DNA of 64,000 bases, taken from the NCBI GenBank assembly GCA_021819085.1, contig JAKASJ010000006.1, positions 38,166-102,165 on the forward strand, read 5' to 3'. The translations under genes and the position numbers were made by a program. Position 1 is the first letter of the stretch; every line of letters starts with the position of its first letter. This DNA comes from Pseudomonadota bacterium (GTDB lineage Bacteria; Pseudomonadota; Gammaproteobacteria; Acidiferrobacterales; UBA6901). Of this stretch, positions 56,535 through 64,000 are shown one piece after another. The notes under the pieces are model-generated. The model saw only the letters and a list, made by a program, of their open reading frames with translations. It was not told the DNA's origin and did not search any database.

Positions 56535-58852
56535 GAAGTTGCCCCAGATCGTGATGAAATCCGATTTTTCCCCGAAAATTCGGCTTCGGCCTGCCGTACC
56601 GTGGCGAGGAACCGATCCGGCGAACGGTATCCGTAGAAGCGCAGCCGTTTCATCTCTCGGCCGTCGGGAGAGAACCACAGCACAGCCGGCGGGCCGAGAA
56701 CGCCAAATTTCCGCTTGAGCGACCGCGTTGCCGCATCATTGTCGGTAACGTCGGCCTGGAGAGTGACGAAACTTTGCAGCGCAGCGCGTACGCGCGGATC
56801 GGAGAAGGTACTGCGTTCCAGCTGTACGCAATCGAGGCACCAGGACGCGTAAAAATCGAGGAGTACCGGCTTGCCTTGGGCACGTGCCTGAGCCATGGCA
56901 GCCAGAATTTCCTTCGGCCGGGGATAGCGCCGGAACAGCAGTGCCGGCGCCGCCGATTCTGGCTGTTTGCCGGCTGTGACCCGGGCTGCGATGCCTGCAA
57001 TGCCCTCGGGAGGAAGCGGATTCAGTATGTCCCGCCTGCCGCTCAGGCCGCCGAGCAGCGCGACGATGCCCCAGATGAGCATTACTGTACCGATCCCCTT
57101 CCACAGGTAACTCCAGCCGCTCGCGCCCTTTGCCAGGGATTGCGTTGCCCCGAGGTACACCCCCGTGACGATCAGCAAGCCCGCCCAGAGCAGTAGCACC
57201 GGCACCTGGGGCAGTGCGCTCAGTACGTAGATGGCAATGCCGAGAAGCAGCACCCCGAAGACGTGCTTTACTTTGTCCATCCAGGGCCCGGCCTTGGGAA
57301 GCAGTGCACCGGCGCCCACGCCGATCGCAACGAGCATCGCGCCGGTGCCCATCGCAATGGAAAACATGACGGCTGCGCCAAGAACCGGATCGTGACTGGA
57401 GATCGCGATGCCCAGCGCGGAGATAAGCAGCGGCGAAACGCAGGCACCGACAATCAGCGCCGATAGCAGGCCGAGCGCAAAGGTCCCGATGAATGCACCG
57501 CCCCGGAAGCGGTGGCTCTTCTTGTGTAGTTCCTGACTATGGTGATGCAGGAGTGACTGTATGGAAGCCGGTACCTGCAGGTCATACAAGCCGAACATCG
57601 AGAGCGCGAGGAAAACGAAGATGGCACTGAACAGACCGATCGCATAGGGATTCTGGAAATAGGCCTGCAGCTGAATCCCGGTCGCCCCCGCCAGCGCACC
57701 GGCAACAGTGTAGGTCACAGCGGTGCCCAGCACGTAGGAAAATGACAACAGTCCGGTGCGCAGCTTGGTTGCATTGCGGTCGCTCTGTCCCACGATGACG
57801 CTCGACAGTATCGGGATCATGGGCAAAACACAGGGCGTGAAGGTCAGGAGGACCCCGGTTCCGAAGGCCGCAAGCATCGCGAGCAGGTAGGTCTCGATGC
57901 TGGCGTGGTGTACCGGCCCGCCCGCAGAAGATAGGTCGGCCGAAGCGGCAGCGCTCGGATTGCCGGTACCGGTCATCGCAACGGTTACGACTTTCGTGAC
58001 AGGGGGATAGCAAATCCCCTTTTCGGCACACCCCTGGTAACTTGCCTTAAGTCGGAGCGACGACACCTGGCCGCTGTAGCCAGTGAGGGGCAATGTGATC
58101 CTGACCGGAGACCGGTAGATTTCGGTGCGCCCGATGAACGGATCGACCTTCACGAAGCCGTGGGGCAGCACATAGGGTGCCAGACGTATGCCGTGGCCCG
58201 GCATCAGCTTGAAATGGACTTTGTCGCGATAGAGATAGTAACCAGGCGCGATGGCGAGGCGCGCACTGAGTGAATGGGCATTGCGTTGTACGACCCGCAG
58301 GCGGAACGCTTGGCCCGGCCTCAGGAATTGAGCACCGCCAGTCATCTCCGATGTTTCCACGGCCGTAGCCGGTGGCTGTGCACGTGCAGCTGCCGGCACA
58401 CGGAGGGGCGGTAACGTGAGTGCTACCGTCTTTACCATGGGCGGAAAGCATATGCCGATATCGGCGCAGCCCTGCGCAGTCACCTGAAGGTTCACCCTCC
58501 GGACCGCCGGATCGGTGCGCATCAGGGGCAACAACACGCTCACCCCGTTACGGTAGATCACGGTGTTGCCGACGATCGCATCATTTATGCGAATTCCCGG
58601 CGGATAAACCGGTTTTCCCAGAGATACCCCGCTGTTCCGTACCGCGAATTTGAATTTGTCGCGGTAAAGATGGTAACCGTTCGCGATGTGCCAGTGCGCT
58701 ACAACAGTGTCGGCATTACGTACCTGAACGCTGAGTACGAACGCCTTGTCGGCCTTTAGAAGTCCGTCGGGCAGTGAATTGGCATGACCAGGCGCGGTGG
58801 TGGCCAGGGCGGCCGATCCCACGGCCAGCATGGCGTAAAGCAGGTGTCTCAT
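56531..58852 (-). CDS. dsbD: Thiol:disulfide interchange protein DsbD with duplicated N-terminal domain
   Basis: Two Ig-like domains (LYRDK...QGCADIGICFPP; LYRDK...QGCAEKGICYPP), TM domain FTPCVLPMIP/GACVSP, thioredoxin domain DFYASWCLDC. Confidence 0.93.
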   Translation of the reverse strand: MRHLLYAMLAVGSAALATTAPGHANSLPDGLLKADKAFVLSVQVRNADTVVAHWHIANGYHLYRDKFKFAVRNSGVSLGKPVYPPGIRINDAIVGNTVIYRNGVSVLLPLMRTDPAVRRVNLQVTAQGCADIGICFPPMVKTVALTLPPLRVPAAARAQPPATAVETSEMTGGAQFLRPGQAFRLRVVQRNAHSLSARLAIAPGYYLYRDKVHFKLMPGHGIRLAPYVLPHGFVKVDPFIGRTEIYRSPVRITLPLTGYSGQVSSLRLKASYQGCAEKGICYPPVTKVVTVAMTGTGNPSAAASADLSSAGGPVHHASIETYLLAMLAAFGTGVLLTFTPCVLPMIPILSSVIVGQSDRNATKLRTGLLSFSYVLGTAVTYTVAGALAGATGIQLQAYFQNPYAIGLFSAIFVFLALSMFGLYDLQVPASIQSLLHHHSQELHKKSHRFRGGAFIGTFALGLLSALIVGACVSPLLISALGIAISSHDPVLGAAVMFSIAMGTGAMLVAIGVGAGALLPKAGPWMDKVKHVFGVLLLGIAIYVLSALPQVPVLLLWAGLLIVTGVYLGATQSLAKGASGWSYLWKGIGTVMLIWGIVALLGGLSGRRDILNPLPPEGIAGIAARVTAGKQPESAAPALLFRRYPRPKEILAAMAQARAQGKPVLLDFYASWCLDCVQLERSTFSDPRVRAALQSFVTLQADVTDNDAATRSLKRKFGVLGPPAVLWFSPDGREMKRLRFYGYRSPDRFLATVRQAEAEFSGKNRISSRSGATS

Positions 58853-59178
58853 GGAGCGATTTCCGGGTTGTGGAGCCATGCTAGGTAGGCGGGCAGGCCG
58901 TTCGCGATTGGGACCGCGATAATCTCGGGAAGTTCGTAAGGATGCAAAGCCTGAATCCGCTCCTGGATGGCCGCGTAGCGCGAAACCAGGGATTTGACGA
59001 GAACAAGATGTTCGGTGGCAGTCTCGACTTTGCCCCGCCAAGTATATATCGATTGCATCGGCGGCAGAATGTTGACGCAGGTCGCGAGCCCTTCGCGCAC
59101 CAGCACCTCACCCAGCTGCTGCGCGGATTGCCCGTCGGGCATAGTCGTCAGAACCAGCTGATAAAGCACGGCGGTCAT
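58849..59178 (-). CDS. cutA: Divalent-cation tolerance protein CutA
   Basis: LATCVNILP, SIYTWRG, HPYELPEIIA, YLAW. Confidence 0.95.
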   Translation of the reverse strand: MTAVLYQLVLTTMPDGQSAQQLGEVLVREGLATCVNILPPMQSIYTWRGKVETATEHLVLVKSLVSRYAAIQERIQALHPYELPEIIAVPIANGLPAYLAWLHNPEIAP

Positions 59179-59830
59179 GGCCGGAACTCCAGTAGGTATC
59201 GAGGGGTCACAAGAATAATCCGATCGGTGGCCCGCACCGGCAGCTTTCGGATTCCTCCTTGTGTGTTAATTCATGTGGTTAGGGTGACATAACGTTACGT
59301 CGTGTCGCCCTTTTTTTTCTATGAAAAAATCCGATAGAACCGGCGCAGAACCGCCACATCGCCCCGCTTCAACGTTCAGAGCGGTTCCATGCCGGCGAAG
59401 CGTTGTCTCTGCAGCCGGTCCGGCTTCCTCTTTAAGTCTGCCGGGTACTGCGGGGTGGGCAGACGTTATTCCATCTCCCTGCCATCCCGGCCCATGCCGC
59501 TCTGGTTTGTGATACCACTTGATGACGGTACCGACATTGACGGTAATGACGGCCCGGATATTCCCCGTTCCGTCCGGCGTTGTACGCATTCCAGATCCTG
59601 AACCCGTACCAAAAATCGAGCTGGGGGAAACGCCTTGCCTCGAGCGACGGGCAAGCTATCGGTCCTCGGACAAATTTCCGCTGTGGTAGAACAGAACGAA
59701 GGGGTGGCGCCACCCCGCGCAGTAAATGGCTCTATCTTTGTTCGCCCCGGAACTGCGTCTTACCCGCACGGGCAATCCTCTCTGCCCGGAAGTCGCAGGC
59801 TCCAGCGGTCTGCCGGCGGATAGCTCCGGG

Positions 59831-59859
59831 CTTGACAATAAAGCCATAATCCCTATCAT
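59831..59859 (+). promoter_or_regulatory. groESL promoter (sigma32-like and/or sigma70-like)
   Basis: CTTGAC-14 bp-CCCTATCA (sigma32-like) overlaps TTGACA-16 bp-TATCAT (sigma70-like). Confidence 0.7.
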
Positions 59860-59885
59860 TAGCACTCACCTAAGGCGAGTGCTAA
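59859..59885 (+). promoter_or_regulatory. CIRCE element (HrcA operator)
   Basis: Exact consensus TTAGCACTC-N9-GAGTGCTAA directly upstream of groES. Confidence 0.96.
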
Positions 59886-59984
59886 TAACCATGGCGCATC
59901 GCCTCGAAGGTTAGACCCGTCATTGACATATCAGGAGGAAAGGCAATGACTGCACAATCCGCTAAGAAATCAGGAGAAGCATCA

Positions 59985-60278
59985 GTGAAAATTCGTCCAC
60001 TTCATGACCGTGTCATCGTGCGCCGTCTGGAAGAAGAGCGCAGAACTGCGGGCGGCATCGTCATCCCGGATACCGCCAAGGAAAAACCCATTCAGGGCGA
60101 AGTCATTGCCGCTGGCAAGGGTAAGATTCTGGAGAACGGCCAGGTACGCCCGCTCGACGTGAAGGTCGGCGACAAAGTACTGTTCGGCAAGTATTCGGGT
60201 ACCGAAGTAAAGGTCGGCGACGAAGAACTGCTCGTGATGCGTGAAGAAGACATCATGGGCGTGGTCGAAGGCAAGTAA
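59985..60278 (+). CDS. groES: Co-chaperonin GroES
   Basis: [32 protein letters not shown] 59985 after AGGAG; alternative in-frame ATG at 59946. Confidence 0.98.
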   Translation: MKIRPLHDRVIVRRLEEERRTAGGIVIPDTAKEKPIQGEVIAAGKGKILENGQVRPLDVKVGDKVLFGKYSGTEVKVGDEELLVMREEDIMGVVEGK

Positions 60279-61979
<1,701 letters not shown>

Positions 61980-62005
61980 GCGCCGCATTGCTCCTCGTAG
62001 TACCT

Positions 62006-62044
62006 GAAAGGCCCCGCTCAAAAAGCGGGGCCTTTCTTGTTTGT
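62006..62044 (+). terminator. Intrinsic terminator of groESL
   Basis: 13-bp stem GAAAGGCCCCGCT-CAAAA-AGCGGGGCCTTTC followed by TTGTTTGT. Confidence 0.88.
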
Positions 62045-62178
62045 GCGGTTGTGTCCGGCAAGGTGCCAGCGTGGATATGCCGGGTATGCACCACACCTGT
62101 TATTGCCCTGCCAGTCGAGTCGCCGCGAAGCGGCCAGGCCGGGGCCCCGCGGCCGTGCTGCGATTTCCGGAATGACTT

Positions 62179-62820
62179 TCAGCGTTTCCGGGCTAAGGTC
62201 ACCCCGTCCCGCACCGTTAGCATGACGTGCTCCACGCGCAGGTCGTTCCGTATGTGATCATTGAACGCTACGATGGCATGGTCACTCTGATGCTGCGGAT
62301 GCAGAACTGTGCCTGACCACAACACGTTGTCGACAATCATCAGACCGCCGGGCCGCAGCCGTGGCAGAGCGGCCTCGTAGTAGCGGATGTAGTTTTCCTT
62401 GTCTGCGTCGATGAAAACCAGATCAAACTCTAGTCCCGTCTGCAACGCCGCAAGTGTCTCCAGTGCTGGCCCCAGGCGTACTTCGATCTTCCTGCCGTGT
62501 GCACTACGATCAAAAAACGATCGCGCAATCGCGATGGTTTCCGGATTGATGTCGCAGGACAGTATCGTGCCGTCCTCGGGCAGCGCCTCAGCCATGGTCA
62601 GGGCGGAATAGCCGGTGAACATTCCCAGCTCCAGGATCCGGCGTGCTCCGGTCAGCTGCACGAGCAGGCGCAGCAGGGCGCCCTCCATGGATCCGGTCAG
62701 CATCTGCGATTGAGCACAATGACCAATCGTGTATGCTTCCAGCTCCTGGAGCAAAGCAGACGGCACGCTGGAATGTTCCCTGCAGTAGCTTTCAATGGCC
62801 TCGCTGACCAGGTGCTTCAT
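62179..62820 (-). CDS. Class I SAM-dependent O-methyltransferase (caffeoyl-CoA OMT-like)
   Basis: LELGMFTGYSAL, FDLVFIDADKENY, VDNVLWSG, VRDG. Confidence 0.92.
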   Translation of the reverse strand: MKHLVSEAIESYCREHSSVPSALLQELEAYTIGHCAQSQMLTGSMEGALLRLLVQLTGARRILELGMFTGYSALTMAEALPEDGTILSCDINPETIAIARSFFDRSAHGRKIEVRLGPALETLAALQTGLEFDLVFIDADKENYIRYYEAALPRLRPGGLMIVDNVLWSGTVLHPQHQSDHAIVAFNDHIRNDLRVEHVMLTVRDGVTLARKR

Positions 62821-62921
62821 GGCTCATCTCCTGTACTCTTGGCCGATATTCAGTGCGGGATGCCCGGGGTTGCCACCTGCCAGCAGGGGCTTATGTTCCA
62901 GTATATAAGTACGGGTCAGTG

Positions 62922-64000
62922 ATGGTCGATCCTCAATACGTTATCGTTGATACCGCTCTTGCCGGGCTTCCGCAGCCCTTGCAGTCCCGGGTCCGCACCT
63001 ATTGGGAGGACTATCGCGCCCAAGTGCAGCCGGCAACTGCAGCGCCGTCCGGGGAGTCACAGGACCAGTTCGTGTCATTGCCCCGCGTTTGGGCCGCGAG
63101 CGATTTTGTGGCACGTACCTGTATTGCCCACCCCAGCCTGCTCGATGAACTTGCTGCCAGCGGTGACCTGTTTCGCGCGTATGTTGGGCATGACCTAAGT
63201 GACCGTGTGAGTATGACGGTCGCCGAGGCGAGGGACGAGGCCGGACTTAAGACCGCGCTTCGCCGTGCACGGCGGCGCGAGATGCTGCGCATAGCCTGGC
63301 GCGACCTTGCCGGCTGGGCACCACTTGGCGAAGTCATGACAGAGCTTTCTGCCTTCGCCGAGGCATGCCTTGAAGCCGCCTTGGCGCGCTTGTTTGCGTG
63401 GTCGATCGCGCATGCCGGCCGGCCTTTGACCGCCGACGGCACGGCGGCGTCCATGATTGTGCTGGGCATGGGCAAGCTCGGCGGTGAAGAGCTCAATTTC
63501 TCGTCGGACATTGACCTCATATTCGCGTATACGGGTGAAGGCGAGGTGGTGGGTCCGCGGCCGCTCAGCAACGACGAGTTTTTCTCCCGTCTGGGACGCA
63601 GCTTGATCGATGTCCTGAGCGAGCTCACCGTCGATGGCCTGGTGTTTCGCGTGGATATGCGATTGCGCCCGCACGGTGCCAGCGGTCCACTGGCGCTGTC
63701 GGTCGATGCGATGGAACAGTACTACCAAGCGCACGGCCGGGAGTGGGAACGTTATGCACTGATCAAGGCGCGCCAGGTTGCGGGCGACCGCGCGGCCGGC
63801 GCTGCGCTGCTCGACCGCTTGCGGCCATTTGTTTACCGGCGCTATCTTGACTATGGCGCATTCGAGGCGATCCGCGCGCTTAAGGGCCTGATCGAGCGCG
63901 AACTGCTGCGCAAGGGGATCGAGCAGAACATAAAGCTCGGCCCCGGAGGAATTCGAGAAATCGAATTCATCGGACAGGCCTTTCAGCTCATTCGTGGAGG
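62922..64000 (+). CDS. glnE: Glutamine synthetase adenylyltransferase/deadenylyltransferase (3' end runs off window)
   Basis: Not in the ORF track. Open frame from ATG 62922 with RIAWRDL, GMGKLGGEELNFSSDIDL, RVDMRLRPHG, GREWERYALIKAR, NIKLGPGGIREIEF. Confidence 0.95.
   Translation, partial: MVDPQYVIVDTALAGLPQPLQSRVRTYWEDYRAQVQPATAAPSGESQDQFVSLPRVWAASDFVARTCIAHPSLLDELAASGDLFRAYVGHDLSDRVSMTVAEARDEAGLKTALRRARRREMLRIAWRDLAGWAPLGEVMTELSAFAEACLEAALARLFAWSIAHAGRPLTADGTAASMIVLGMGKLGGEELNFSSDIDLIFAYTGEGEVVGPRPLSNDEFFSRLGRSLIDVLSELTVDGLVFRVDMRLRPHGASGPLALSVDAMEQYYQAHGREWERYALIKARQVAGDRAAGAALLDRLRPFVYRRYLDYGAFEAIRALKGLIERELLRKGIEQNIKLGPGGIREIEFIGQAFQLIRG

Overview
A 64 kb, GC-rich chromosomal segment, most consistent with a gammaproteobacterium (rho-trxA-rhlB, purHD-fis-dusB-prmA-accCB-aroQ, dsbD-cutA, CIRCE-controlled groESL, glnE). 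I found no rRNA, tRNA, CRISPR array or mobile element. The right ~29 kb is mostly housekeeping; the left ~35 kb carries the accessory content. (i) modABC. (ii) A Cys/redox-rich divergon around an ArsR-rhodanese regulator with a perfect operator palindrome. It contains a sterol-desaturase-like protein, a TVP38-rhodanese fusion, a class II GATase, a pentaheme cytochrome c, a MerA-like flavoprotein without the C-terminal Cys pair, an ArsS-type radical SAM and a C_GCAxxG_C_C protein. (iii) The standout: a four-gene beta-oxidation operon whose first gene (12839-20158, 2439 aa) appears to fuse the whole acyl-CoA-to-quinone electron chain into one polypeptide. The order is FixC/ETF-QO flavin domain, [4Fe-4S] module, two complementary acyl-CoA dehydrogenase domains that look like an intramolecular pseudo-heterodimer, a degenerate ETF-beta and ETF-alpha. 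(iv) A degenerate GGDEF protein preceded by a frameshifted paralogous copy of its own N-terminal domain. All family assignments come from motif recognition by eye; no database searches were run.
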